DNA of 64,000 nt from a virus (IMGVR_UViG_3300020474_002475:1-64000), one strand, 5' to 3'. Positions 8,401-17,305 are shown, counted from the first letter of the stretch. Made by a program: numbers and translations. The notes: generated by a model not told the origin, from the letters alone.

Positions 8401-10493
8401 TCCAATACAAAGTGAATGTCCACACTGGAAGAACATGGCAAATTGAATTGCCTCCAGGTGTTAGACATAAAGCTCGTGAAAAAACTTTGCCGTACAACAG
8501 AACATGGGTTACAGCTATAGGTGTAGGGGATAACACATACATACCTCCTGGAGGTATGCTTCAACCTACCTGGGAGGCAGAGATTTCGGGTTTATTTAGT
8601 CAAAAAGCATTAAAGATAGTTGAATATACTCCTCCTGCCCCTTCTCCACCTCCGGCTACTCCTCTTCCACCACCACCTGCTTCGCCTCCCCCTGTAGGTA
8701 CAAATTTTAATTTTACATCAAGATATTCATTTTCTCATTATGATCGATCTACTAATATATCATCATCTAAGATAAAAATACAATCTGATGGCTCGTTGTG
8801 GAATCCTAGTTTCATATATGAATTATCTATAGAAATATCAATTGATGATTACATGGTTAAAACAACAGATGATTTTGAAGTGGAATGGTTTTCTAGTGAT
8901 AACAATACTAATCCTGTAAGTAATGGTCAAATAAAATATTATTCTAGTTCTGAATTGAAAAAAGTCAGAAATGGATCTCAGATAAAATTTGTATTACACC
9001 AAGGAAGTGTGCCTAATAAAAAATATTATGCTGTACAGATTAGAAGAATCAGAAATGGTACAGTCAGTGAATACTATAAAGCTCCTAATTATGCTAAAAT
9101 ACCATCAAATTATGCAGTGCCTTCGCCCGACACCAATTATAAAATTATTACAGGTAAGCCATTTTCTAATCATGTCTTAACAGTTAATAACGACCTTGAT
9201 GGTATACAGGTGGATCTATCAGCAGATAAGGACAATGGATATTTTAAATATCAAAATATAAAAGGTACTTTGTATCGCATAAATACCAACACTCCTTTAG
9301 GACAAGTTTTCTTAGACAAAGAATCAAGTAGGACTTTATCTACTCATAGTCTTCTTTCAAGTTCTATCTTTATAGAATTATTTGATGCAGACAGCAGCGA
9401 TTATGATAAGGTCGATATTACAGCAAATTGGTTTAAAACATATGGAGAACTAGCGCAAAATTATGCATATAGTAGAACTTTCGTAAGTGCTAGTAGGAAA
9501 ATTACAGATTTATCTAATGCTAACTTTAGCAGTCACTATTTGATGTGCGGAGGGTTTACATTGCCAAGAGTACCTTCTGATGATTTAAATCTAAGTCTTA
9601 GTAATCCTAACGACATAAATACGGCACATGATGTATATAGATACCCTGAAACCAGTTCTCCAGATTATAATAAAAATCCTCCTAAAAGAGGTATAGTTTC
9701 CATGAATAGAGCTGGTCAGAGAGCCGCTAATTCTCAATATTATGATACTGCAACTCCAGAGTGGTTTATAAATGTTAGATATCAAGCGCCATACGACTCT
9801 CCAAGTAGTGTATATGGAACATTAGAAGGTGGATATACCGGCTTTGCAAGAATTGTAGGCAATCAAGGTTTAAGAATAGCAGATATCCTTTCTACAATAC
9901 CTACGTATAATACAACTGATTACTATAAAAATACGACGGGTAATCCTGTTAGATATACAGCCCTGGGTGCTGTGCCTTACTGGAATACTAACGATAATGG
10001 AATAGTTTATCCTCAAGACTTTTTACAAATGGAAACGGTTCCTGTATACTCTCATGAACAAATAATGAGATACTCTGTGGTTGCTGAAACAATTACTTAC
10101 AATCAAGAACAAATAAACGCTATCACTGTTCGTACGGTAAGGGATTCTCGTAATATACTGCATGGACAGTATCCTGTTTTAGAAATAAAAATAACAGACA
10201 AGATGAAAGAAATTATGTCTCAAGATAATAATTTGAGACAAGTAACGTGTAAAGTAACAGTAAAAGCATTTTCTTTATTAGATTTTGGTTCCGAACTTTC
10301 TGCGACACAAACATTTAATGTTATATTGTCAAATGGATTTAGTCCTGGTGGCGACACTACTGCTCCTGTTAGCTCAATGTCATACAGTACAAAAAGTGAT
10401 ATTTATGACATTAGAGGTAGCGGGGAATTGCATTCTAGCAAAAAAAATATTTTTGACTTACGAGGCTCTGGCAAATTGTACACTACTAATTAA
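2430..10493 (+). CDS. Giant (2687 aa) modular polyproline-linked protein: two related novel domains, two cupredoxin-like repeats, LamG, two cyclophilin-type PPIase domains; putative virion fibre/adhesin
   Basis: Multiple Pro tracts; HPIAFH...YECYxHGYMGG twice; LamG FTIQFWVY/KNKWYHVAISR/FIGSIDQLEI; cyclophilin FFHRS...IQGGG...SNVKGSIAMAK...NSASSQFYIN...GGYTVFGNV. Confidence 0.85.
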   Translation: MEDMNINSESIISKIGPTGIATTGILDLKQTELLQNLTEGSLQEPEKVFNSSQKQCCIPSSPPPNPPAPPAVSPSPSPPVGNPKQDVAGCVEMFSIYYSQNQRFLNTQDPLETVTLNYKIQFRDGIYDPNDKIWPTDGNRVILYIEALEGVKELFDPHNIPTTYPKQIDLNNLVQHSSLQPGQPLPPIAHPLFQFPPPYVGTILKCNYDRLQGATGPTDPSDRVECGTLSGGQNLAPQIIEFTQFTIKSEGATPNNKRTLTIRGIIRDNRFYIPQPGITSCGYTDGTQVEFDLVFYADQIHRHYKDWGLQTDPGGGQQQSRISEWATYRNRSTIDGIPLNPIDQVIEAASLTIGSDEVKCIPALPSPPRPPDPICLESISIEHSRRARVATSTNYAVTSFILDISFRRGSIDITSGKASNDYSKKSFKIETSFSLAPIFGRISSDQSPWAIPSDDPPDFTGISAADIGLTFKKEDKASHDAGHNCGSVASKLDVWEIARDPQSNHIIKYTAKGKIDSPQAGADSICETLDTPFSIELSLDTKSLTKTSAQSIGTIPTDGGIWQPSELGQEAWEICLIKAVNDLQITIGGDVFTYNDNVLGCAPPSPPPASPPPASPPPASPPPASPPPTSPPPASPPPPPPPPPEVGTPTCLGPLVVDDNIIDVTFETVRDIYGQYSYKYVFEGLSSKDHVFKASPGIYVFKIPSTHPIAFHTNSNVTYYGGVTPYKKIALDGQYREYHTGTVTVTVDGDFGTISYECYYHGYMGGQNNLVYDSTCPRPAPGERGVICLQGLGSSGHTAGGGVDVTVVNQDGNKYAFSDRDNPSVWSSRDYKFQLREGVYRFRGVPESHPIAFHTNSNRVTYRGISSNLVPVTKIALDGQLRDYYYGVVELTVNGPFDTMSYECYNHGYMGGENNLEYNASCRDPNAPPPSPPPPAPPAPLPPVACEDYILKMDMENLSDSSKHNHTISTVGNPTIDSSIKKVGNHSLKFNTWPQAVNIDTLDIIAHNNQSACASRFTIQFWVYFTAFNRPTSSTGLYSPSTNIILGNSINSAENYSGVGSQYTSPGNFSIFLVEFNGEHTMHMEVLGSCEVRTNRVSVFNTERIQKNKWYHVAISRFRDVERDSLVTKMFINGKCRGYRFDGSDHSHIDYKDYLLGNGYSGNPLTQTKLAIGFEGTTLPGPGPNTYVDAKNFIGSIDQLEILDKGLYTRDFDVNEIVYNDCDSSPSPPPPPPSPPPSPPPVPISPPTPETPPPSFGAGTFIKFETNAPDGNKNFYVKLTENTPKTKENFLKYVTSGRYNNTFFHRSLPPMPSQNTAHLTLIQGGGYNAPVVPSTDAGSNPTMIHRYGTVVNEPGNSNVKGSIAMAKLGGQPNSASSQFYINTKDNVPWLNVDNGGYTVFGNVVHGMDVVHKMNNAETYDATIFYGMQGFSDMPLWRYEKRTNIVRPDDFVKILKVSIYTPSAAPPPPSPPPASPPPAPPVPISIANFNAMVLNSADFFDLPTAMYSQAVVPSTAPDYKQCLFTYQLTQPKDVAVTQIQIYANTIEDDGSVQAALRTVFDNPLVNGNDAGKYTAGESMNYQEVIVIPEQNNNRVLNVRFLANVLFESGISQNINALDRPYSRRQRFKIRYKYRMSNDTTDRWTPFIESNIVDPDNINDQYFNDQTQIDSSPRWTTSTEATPIVKDPSLYVKRNLTDDNAELELKVTIPNISGRAGTTEAKNFNLRIETKSHENRDWRYRNDPISRTTNKWTGKPIPNRGLVVKEGQTKTFTIPFTFTNWMQYKSQEFRIRIEENIIDNGYINTQNFSNQYQGKWLVENKNNDAWMYKPNARLPENFLVGPWYYFNNTYSNRNGPFKTAPPSPPPASPPPAPTSNLYAQFWDGYFWPNFLGNTVVEGHFPDHPRPPGVTITYKKPTIIQTYYTSSFQWNQDPYPFTGAMGDIGCFALGSNTAIEVYETVEDAENNRNMLGFVAGPLIYETSRGGSKYLYDNLQYKVNVHTGRTWQIELPPGVRHKAREKTLPYNRTWVTAIGVGDNTYIPPGGMLQPTWEAEISGLFSQKALKIVEYTPPAPSPPPATPLPPPPASPPPVGTNFNFTSRYSFSHYDRSTNISSSKIKIQSDGSLWNPSFIYELSIEISIDDYMVKTTDDFEVEWFSSDNNTNPVSNGQIKYYSSSELKKVRNGSQIKFVLHQGSVPNKKYYAVQIRRIRNGTVSEYYKAPNYAKIPSNYAVPSPDTNYKIITGKPFSNHVLTVNNDLDGIQVDLSADKDNGYFKYQNIKGTLYRINTNTPLGQVFLDKESSRTLSTHSLLSSSIFIELFDADSSDYDKVDITANWFKTYGELAQNYAYSRTFVSASRKITDLSNANFSSHYLMCGGFTLPRVPSDDLNLSLSNPNDINTAHDVYRYPETSSPDYNKNPPKRGIVSMNRAGQRAANSQYYDTATPEWFINVRYQAPYDSPSSVYGTLEGGYTGFARIVGNQGLRIADILSTIPTYNTTDYYKNTTGNPVRYTALGAVPYWNTNDNGIVYPQDFLQMETVPVYSHEQIMRYSVVAETITYNQEQINAITVRTVRDSRNILHGQYPVLEIKITDKMKEIMSQDNNLRQVTCKVTVKAFSLLDFGSELSATQTFNVILSNGFSPGGDTTAPVSSMSYSTKSDIYDIRGSGELHSSKKNIFDLRGSGKLYTTN
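4251..4340 (+). repeat. Six tandem 15-nt units (ccagctagtccacca) encoding PASPP repeats
   Basis: Read directly; 4 exact units and 2 with single substitutions. Confidence 0.95.
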
Positions 10494-10506
10494 AAGGTTT
10501 AATAAA

Positions 10507-11928
10507 ATGGCACTTACTAATTTAAATATAGAAGTAACACAAATGGCTGTAGGGTATGGTCACTATTTAGCTATAGGTACTGACGGAGCTTTATACTCAT
10601 GGGGATTAAATAACCATGGTCAATTAGGTCATGGAGATAAAGTTAATAGATCTAATCCTACAAAAGTTGGAAATAAAACAGATTGGACTCAGATAGCATG
10701 TGGGGATTACCATTCTGTTGCACTGGATAGTAGAGGGATTGCATATGGTTTTGGTTTCAATAATAATGCGCAAGCTGGTGTTGGACAGTATGTAGGTAAT
10801 TCACACACTGGTATTGGTGGTACAAATAGTACATCTGATATAATATTTCCTACGCAAGGATTTTCAACCAGCAGTAATAGTGACCTCTCCACCATGAACG
10901 GTACTGACTATGGTGGAGCAGCATTGATAAAAGCTGCTGCAAATTACACTGTGATTGACTATATATTTCCAGGAGGAAATGCATTCACCACCTCATTTAG
11001 TCTAGGAGGAACTTGGGTATACGGCAACTCATTTGTATTTGATGAGATCGATAACCTTACTGCAGGGCCAAACGCGATATATAGTGAACGAAGGCATATT
11101 GCAAACTTACGAGACGGATCGGATTCCGACAGTGGGCGTATTGGTGGCTATGCCACCAAAGTCTTGCGCAATATAAGCAAATGTGAAATTAGTAGAAATT
11201 TTATAGCAGTTACAACAGGAACATCAGGTATAGACTGTTTGGGGAATTTACCGCTGAGTATGGTGACAAAACCTACAATCACTGCTCCTAACGGAGCTGC
11301 AGGTGATAAAAAAGCGATTGCTGATAACGAATGGGATTCGGGCTCAGGACCCAGAAAGGGCCTTTTTGGGGTAGGACCGCAATATGGCGTGGATACTGTA
11401 CAAAACTTTATGACAGTTAGAACACAAGGGTGGGAGCGTTTAAGAAGAGCAGAAGGGTCAGTCAACGCCAATAATTTTTCTGGTCCAGTAGATAACACCA
11501 ACTATATTGATTTTGGGGTAGGTGACGATTTTATTTTAGCAATAGATAGCGAAAACAGATTGCACGGAATGACTTTTGCAACATCTAACGGAACTGAAAT
11601 CCCATCTACTTCTGTTGGTAATTTTGGAGTGCAAGTATTAAGGAATAATCTCATCAATCCTAATAATAGATATGTTATTCATGGCATGGCTTTGATAGAT
11701 TCTAGCAGACGTTGGCTCAGTGTTTCTTGCGGGGCCAAACATGCTATAATTTCTGATGTTGATGGTAATATATTCTCTATAGGCAACAACAGATACGGAC
11801 AATTAGGTAGAGCCTATAATAATTTAGGAAACATTACAGAGATAGCGCAATTACAGTCCCCAGCAAACACATCAGGTTTCAATATACATGCCTGCGGCCC
11901 ACAAGCCTCATTAATTGCTAAAAGCTAG
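10507..11928 (+). CDS. RCC1/BLIP-II repeat beta-propeller protein
   Basis: MAVGYGHYLAIGTDGALYSWGLNNHGQLGHGD...WTQIACGDYHSVAL and C-terminal VSCGAKHAII...GNNRYGQLG; start moved to ATG 10507, after the giant gene's stop. Confidence 0.85.
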   Translation: MALTNLNIEVTQMAVGYGHYLAIGTDGALYSWGLNNHGQLGHGDKVNRSNPTKVGNKTDWTQIACGDYHSVALDSRGIAYGFGFNNNAQAGVGQYVGNSHTGIGGTNSTSDIIFPTQGFSTSSNSDLSTMNGTDYGGAALIKAAANYTVIDYIFPGGNAFTTSFSLGGTWVYGNSFVFDEIDNLTAGPNAIYSERRHIANLRDGSDSDSGRIGGYATKVLRNISKCEISRNFIAVTTGTSGIDCLGNLPLSMVTKPTITAPNGAAGDKKAIADNEWDSGSGPRKGLFGVGPQYGVDTVQNFMTVRTQGWERLRRAEGSVNANNFSGPVDNTNYIDFGVGDDFILAIDSENRLHGMTFATSNGTEIPSTSVGNFGVQVLRNNLINPNNRYVIHGMALIDSSRRWLSVSCGAKHAIISDVDGNIFSIGNNRYGQLGRAYNNLGNITEIAQLQSPANTSGFNIHACGPQASLIAKS

Positions 11929-14177
11929 TGCTCTCTTCTAATATTTCCGTCATAATGATCAAACCGATCATGTGTAATAGGAGAAAGTAATAGTAAAGCT
12001 GGTTTTATATAACCAGTAAGTGTTTTTTGATATATATACGACATCCATGTTTGTTCATATGGATGTGCCCATTTAGTTTCTAAAAACATTTTTTTACTAC
12101 CCTTTTTACTTACTATCTGAGGCCAATTGCAATAATAAACCTCACCATCAGCATAAGGTAACCCGTTATAAGATTTAATATTATTAAAATTGCATAGCGG
12201 GGGATTTTTCTCTAAACCATGTTCTGGTAGTTTAGTTTTGTTAGGCCACACCTCTTCTCTAACCTTTTGTGGGACATTGTACCAAGACCACTGTATAGTA
12301 TTATTTCCAAAAAATTCAGTAAAGCTCCATTTCAAAAAGTCATATTGCTCTCTATCCATAATTCCCAGCATGTCATTATAGATATTTTCATGATATTTAG
12401 AAAAACCATTTTCGCATTTTGCTGCTGCAAAAGAAGAGTCATTCATACCCATATCATCTTCAAAGAATATCATATATTCGTTAGCTGTAGTGTCAAAATG
12501 TTCAGCAATAAATTGTCTACCTCCACAAATACCTAAATTGTCTTCTTTAAATTCTGTAAAATTATATAGTTTAAAAAGACGCTTGTACTCTTTATCACAA
12601 GATTCATCAACACTATTATTTAATACATACTTATCGCTATTATTAAACATTTCAGGTGAAGCATTTTGTATTTTATTGACTGTAAACTCAAACTGTTTTG
12701 GTGAATTAAAAGTAACTATATATAAATCGGTTTTATGTTTAAAAGACTTTGTTTTGCATACCCAAGCAACATCTGCAAATTCTGTATGGTAGTCTTTTAA
12801 TTTATGTTTAACAACGGATTCCGATATATCATTATCATTAATCTCCATCCAATTCCACACCTTGTCCTTATATTTTTCTGCAAAAGTTGTTGCATCAGGC
12901 GCATAATCATGAGCCATAATTATATCACCAAGCTTTAAAAAATCAGAATAGGTATTAAACTCTTTAATTTTATTGCCACCATCACATAACACTAGAGCTT
13001 TACCGTGTGTAGATATTAGCTCTTTAACTTCTGTTATTGTTTTCTCGTCAAAAATGTCTTGTTGTTTAAAATTTATGCGTCTTTTGGTAAATTCGTCATT
13101 GTTTGTAATGCCAGCATCAGGATTTTTTTCATAAGTAATGAAAGATATATCATGTTTTTTACACTGATCACTTAAAAACATAGACAATCCACCGCCACCA
13201 GATCCAAGTTCTACTACTAAATCTAGATCTTGATTTTTTTCAAAAAACTTTTCAAAAACTTCTAATGCAGCCGGGTGCTGTTGCACTCTAGCATTAAGAT
13301 GTATAAATGTTCCTACTCCTGTAAACTTTTTTAGTTCATCACTTTGTGTAGTATTATTCTGTAATCTTTCAAAGAAATCAAAAACAAGACCATTACCTTG
13401 TATCATTTGGGTATTGCATAATCCAGGATAAAGATATGTAAGTATTGTATATAAAGATTCTTCAGTGCCCATATACCCTTCATCTAAAGAGTGATGAGCA
13501 AGTTGTCTAAACTTATCAGAAAAGAAAGTACACTCTGTTTTTCTTCCTCCAAAAAAAGTAGCTCTAGCTACTCTATCGACATACTTTGCTTTACTAAATT
13601 TGTGCATTCCATCTCTTTTGAAGCCATGTATTTCTCCATGCCCTTCATAAGGAAAACATAAAAATAAAAACTTATTTAGATGAGGTTCTAGCCTGTCTTC
13701 TAACCAAGGCTTAGAAAAGTATCCGGGGTGACACTGAGCGTTGGCGATACCTGCATCAAGCCAAACAAAATATTCTGTATCAAATGGATTCTCTTCTGCT
13801 ACATCAGACAGCCAGTGAATTTTATTAAATATTAAAGGGTTATATAATTCTAAATTAGCTTGAGTAGACTCAGACAACCATCCCACTTGATTTCTCCACT
13901 CATCGTCTTTCCTTATTTTTTGTATTTTTTGGTAATATTCTGATTGTCTAATACTGTCGCAGTCTATATATTTGACAATAATATTTTCATTTTTAATAGA
14001 TTTAATTAAAGGCTCATGTTCTTTTTCTATATAGATAACTAAATTTTTATCTTTGATATGCTTCAATAATACTGATAGTGTGTCTAAGTATCTTTTGAAT
14101 GGTCTTTGGAAAGTATTTGAAGTTAATTCTTCTCTTTTTATATCTAACAGTGCTGTGACAAATGTAATCTTACTCAT
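11925..14177 (-). CDS. Multidomain glycan-modifying protein: HtrL/WlaTC-like glycosyltransferase, class I SAM methyltransferase-like domain, GT-A-like C-terminal domain
   Basis: ITFVTALLDIKR...ENPFDTEYFVWLDAG; VVELGSGGGG...LCDGG...IIMAHD; LGICGGRQF...YMIFFEDD; start at MSKITF. Confidence 0.7.
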   Translation of the reverse strand: MSKITFVTALLDIKREELTSNTFQRPFKRYLDTLSVLLKHIKDKNLVIYIEKEHEPLIKSIKNENIIVKYIDCDSIRQSEYYQKIQKIRKDDEWRNQVGWLSESTQANLELYNPLIFNKIHWLSDVAEENPFDTEYFVWLDAGIANAQCHPGYFSKPWLEDRLEPHLNKFLFLCFPYEGHGEIHGFKRDGMHKFSKAKYVDRVARATFFGGRKTECTFFSDKFRQLAHHSLDEGYMGTEESLYTILTYLYPGLCNTQMIQGNGLVFDFFERLQNNTTQSDELKKFTGVGTFIHLNARVQQHPAALEVFEKFFEKNQDLDLVVELGSGGGGLSMFLSDQCKKHDISFITYEKNPDAGITNNDEFTKRRINFKQQDIFDEKTITEVKELISTHGKALVLCDGGNKIKEFNTYSDFLKLGDIIMAHDYAPDATTFAEKYKDKVWNWMEINDNDISESVVKHKLKDYHTEFADVAWVCKTKSFKHKTDLYIVTFNSPKQFEFTVNKIQNASPEMFNNSDKYVLNNSVDESCDKEYKRLFKLYNFTEFKEDNLGICGGRQFIAEHFDTTANEYMIFFEDDMGMNDSSFAAAKCENGFSKYHENIYNDMLGIMDREQYDFLKWSFTEFFGNNTIQWSWYNVPQKVREEVWPNKTKLPEHGLEKNPPLCNFNNIKSYNGLPYADGEVYYCNWPQIVSKKGSKKMFLETKWAHPYEQTWMSYIYQKTLTGYIKPALLLLSPITHDRFDHYDGNIRREH

Positions 14178-14922
14178 TAAAGGCTTCCTTGTATAGTCTA
14201 AAATCATACGAGTTAATTGTGCGTAGAAAATTCTCAATATCTTTTGGTACTTTGTGTGGATTTTCTGTTTTGCTTTGCATTGGTCTATGTTTCAATTGGA
14301 ACAGGTCGAAAACTTTACCAACTGTTGCGGTGTAATCTTCAAACTTACCCACGAATATCATTCTCTTTAAGTTATGTTTTGCTTTTTGAAATACTTGCTC
14401 GTCTACATCACATTCATTTGCTAGATTTATCCCTGCTAATATTTTTGTCATATAATTACTAAAACCATGCCTCTCATGCATCATGAGTCCAGATGTGTTA
14501 TTGGTTTCAATATATTGCTTGGCATTACTCCAGAACTGTTCACTATTAATCTCACAGTCGCTAGCTATTGCGCTTTTAAAATTCCTGGAACTAGTAACCT
14601 TTTTTATAAAAGAAATTGTTCTATTTAAAGGATCTCTTAATATAGTCATATATTTATATTCGTATTCTTCAGGTAAAAATTTATGAATATTTAAAGAAAA
14701 ATGTCCAGAAAATAATCTGGCAGTAGGCCAGTTGGGAATAGATAAAAGATTTTGCTGTCTTCCTACATCTCTTTCTATATATTCTACAAGACCCAACTTA
14801 TTGGGAACCTGTTCATTGGGTGTTCCAAAAAAGTTTAAAAATTGATCTGGTCCCATAATTGTAAGCAGGGCTTCTAAATATGTCCCACCAGTTCTGGGTA
14901 TATGAGCAAAACCTATTTTCAT
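14170..14922 (-). CDS. Sulfotransferase (Sulfotransfer_2-like)
   Basis: 5'-PSB motif HIPRTGGT and 3'-PB motif TILRDPLNRTIS. Confidence 0.8.
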   Translation of the reverse strand: MKIGFAHIPRTGGTYLEALLTIMGPDQFLNFFGTPNEQVPNKLGLVEYIERDVGRQQNLLSIPNWPTARLFSGHFSLNIHKFLPEEYEYKYMTILRDPLNRTISFIKKVTSSRNFKSAIASDCEINSEQFWSNAKQYIETNNTSGLMMHERHGFSNYMTKILAGINLANECDVDEQVFQKAKHNLKRMIFVGKFEDYTATVGKVFDLFQLKHRPMQSKTENPHKVPKDIENFLRTINSYDFRLYKEAFNE

Positions 14923-14926
14923 AATT

Positions 14927-15670
14927 CTACCACCTCACATGAGTTCTACCGTCTTTAGATTGAAATTTAAAACATTCTGACATTATCTTATGATGATTAT
15001 TAATCGCTAACATACCAGCATCTGTATATGACATACCTATCTCAACTCCTTCAGCCCAAGGTCTTATGTTGTTCTCTAAACATATAATATTTCTTTTCTT
15101 CCAAGAATCAACGAATATTGACATTTTTTTATTATTTTTAAATACTAAAAACTGTTCATTAACAACATGCGCATTATCATACTTATTTGTGTTTTTAAGA
15201 TTATATAAATCAACCTTATGCCTCCAAAACAAACGGTTTTCTTTTTTACAGCCAGATATAAGATGAGGTCTTTCAAAAACAAAATCCGAGTCCGATTGCA
15301 TGAATGTGTCAATAAATAATCTAACTTTATCTATTTGAAAATTACCATGAGTCTTCCAATCAGAATCTATAAATATTATACAGTCTGTGTCGTTTTGTGC
15401 TGATGAAGCAGCTATGGGTAGATATTTTAAATTAAAATTAAATTCATTTCTGTGTCCGTGTCTATAAAATAATTTATGATTACTATTTGCTATATTAATA
15501 TTTTTACAAGAGTTGGACATATTATTGTCGGTATCAGTAACGCATAAGAAGTTTAGCTTTATTTTGTGGCTATGTAAAGAATCTTGTATACAAATATTAT
15601 CTATTAATCTATAAAAACTATCTTGATAATCCTTACCTATTGCTATGCTGCATATAGTAGTATTAATCAT
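14927..15670 (-). CDS. Putative GT-A fold glycosyltransferase
   Basis: CSIAIG.DY, CVTD, FNFNLK and IIFIDSD (DxD); operon context. Confidence 0.55.
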   Translation of the reverse strand: MINTTICSIAIGKDYQDSFYRLIDNICIQDSLHSHKIKLNFLCVTDTDNNMSNSCKNINIANSNHKLFYRHGHRNEFNFNLKYLPIAASSAQNDTDCIIFIDSDWKTHGNFQIDKVRLFIDTFMQSDSDFVFERPHLISGCKKENRLFWRHKVDLYNLKNTNKYDNAHVVNEQFLVFKNNKKMSIFVDSWKKRNIICLENNIRPWAEGVEIGMSYTDAGMLAINNHHKIMSECFKFQSKDGRTHVRW

Positions 15671-16616
15671 TAATAACTTTCTCTAAAAAACTAAACACAT
15701 AATCTTCTTTATAATCATCAGGAAGTCTATTGTTTGTAAATATAGGTTGTTCTAATTTTTGTTTAAGTAGTTTTTCATCTTCATTAATTCTTTTTATATG
15801 TTCTACAACAGCATCTATATCATCATTAAAATCGTGACAATTAATAAAAGCTTCAGGATTCCAACCGTCTTCTAATATTTTATGGTTGCCCCAGAATATC
15901 GGAATAGTATTTGCAGCAAATGCCTGTATCATTTTTTCTTGAGAAAAATAATTAAGCAAGTGAGTCTGTATCTGTAGTGAGAAAAGACACTCATCCATAA
16001 ATTTATGTTTATTCCCATATCCTTCTTTCTCGTCTCTACCTCTTACAAACCCTTCTACATTAGTCTCAAAAGCTCCAACGGCACGAACAAACTTATATGC
16101 ATGTAGCTTATCAAACATTTTACGTCTGTATTCTACTTTAGAATTTTGAACAATAGCACAAAAGTATTTCTTTTTTTGTTTAATTACTTCATAGTCTTTT
16201 TTGTCTAACATCCAACCTTCCGGTATAAGATTACAAACAGCTTGAAGCCACCACCCCTGAACAACAGAATGAAATTGACATGGTAAGATTTTATCATTAA
16301 TCACACTAGAAGGCCAACCAATTGCATAATTTAAAGGCTCCTTGATAAAAACAGAAAAATCATTCACTACTTCTCCACTAACAAAAATTCTTTTGTGTCC
16401 AACATAATCAGAAGAGACTTTACACTCTTGTCCTGTTACGGTATCTATTTGGCCTTTGGGGGTAGAAAGATTAGAACATATAACAATATCTGGATTGTCA
16501 TTAGTCACTATGACATTATATTTTCTGTCTAGTAAATACTTTACATATTCAAAAAATGCTGCTGCAGATCTCTGAGAACAACTGGCTCTTGTGATTTTTA
16601 CATTTGGTTTATTCAT
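15663..16616 (-). CDS. GT10 family alpha-1,3/4-fucosyltransferase-like protein
   Basis: KKYFCAIVQNS...RRKMFDKL...YFSQEKMIQAFAANTIPIFWG...NPEAFINCHDF. Confidence 0.8.
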   Translation of the reverse strand: MNKPNVKITRASCSQRSAAAFFEYVKYLLDRKYNVIVTNDNPDIVICSNLSTPKGQIDTVTGQECKVSSDYVGHKRIFVSGEVVNDFSVFIKEPLNYAIGWPSSVINDKILPCQFHSVVQGWWLQAVCNLIPEGWMLDKKDYEVIKQKKKYFCAIVQNSKVEYRRKMFDKLHAYKFVRAVGAFETNVEGFVRGRDEKEGYGNKHKFMDECLFSLQIQTHLLNYFSQEKMIQAFAANTIPIFWGNHKILEDGWNPEAFINCHDFNDDIDAVVEHIKRINEDEKLLKQKLEQPIFTNNRLPDDYKEDYVFSFLEKVIND

Positions 16617-17305
16617 AATTCCTTGGTGATCTTTATAGTATCTGGGGTATTAGGACCATTATCGTGAACGATATACGGAGATTGTTTGATAATAAATTTA
16701 TCTCTTTCAAATGTTATGTCTGCCTTGGCTTCAAGCGTACTAAAGAAAATAGACCTATGTTGATCAACCTTAATCTCTTGTTGATTATCATGTATGTATA
16801 AATATGTCCAATTGCCTTGATCGTCTATATTTTCATACGGTCTCTGATGTGTCAACGTCTCTAAACAATGTATGATATAGTCAGTATATCCAATATATGC
16901 ACCAGAATTTAAGTAGCAATAGTCAGAAAGTTTTGGTTTAGTATTATAAAGATTGGTCGCTTCTGTTTTAGGCCATATATGAGGATCTGCACAAAACAAA
17001 GCTTTGCATTGATGTTTTAGAAAATCTGTAACCATATTGATAGGGTCTTTATAAAAGTTGGTATCGGTAGCGTCTAAAAATAATATATAATCTTTAAGAT
17101 TTTTACAAGACTTAAGATATTCTAAAAGTTTTGGAACTTTATAATAATATAGTTTATCGTACCTTGAACCTTCTATTTCTTTCTTATATCTTAATATATG
17201 AATGTCAGAATTATCAAAATACTTCATAGCATTACTTTGGAATACTGTAGGGTAATTATCGGGGTACTCAAACAAAGTAGAAAGTAAACTTAGATTATTA
17301 GTCAT
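16613..17305 (-). CDS. PLOD (procollagen lysyl hydroxylase N-terminal)-like glycosyltransferase domain protein
   Basis: ILFLDATD, LFCADPHIWP, YLNSGAYIGY, DDQGNWT, IKVDQHRSIF, IVHDNG. Confidence 0.75.
   Translation of the reverse strand: MTNNLSLLSTLFEYPDNYPTVFQSNAMKYFDNSDIHILRYKKEIEGSRYDKLYYYKVPKLLEYLKSCKNLKDYILFLDATDTNFYKDPINMVTDFLKHQCKALFCADPHIWPKTEATNLYNTKPKLSDYCYLNSGAYIGYTDYIIHCLETLTHQRPYENIDDQGNWTYLYIHDNQQEIKVDQHRSIFFSTLEAKADITFERDKFIIKQSPYIVHDNGPNTPDTIKITKEL

Noticed and set aside
10285-10506. N-terminal extension of the RCC1 ORF overlapping the giant gene
   Set aside because: A 200-nt overlap with non-protein-like sequence; ATG 10507 after the upstream stop fits better
1-11928. Eukaryotic or giant-virus origin suggested by extensin-like repeats, RCC1 and PLOD-like genes
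   Set aside because: Shine-Dalgarno sites, overlapping operons, sigma70 promoters, a sigma factor and DnaE/DnaB/DnaG indicate a bacteriophage
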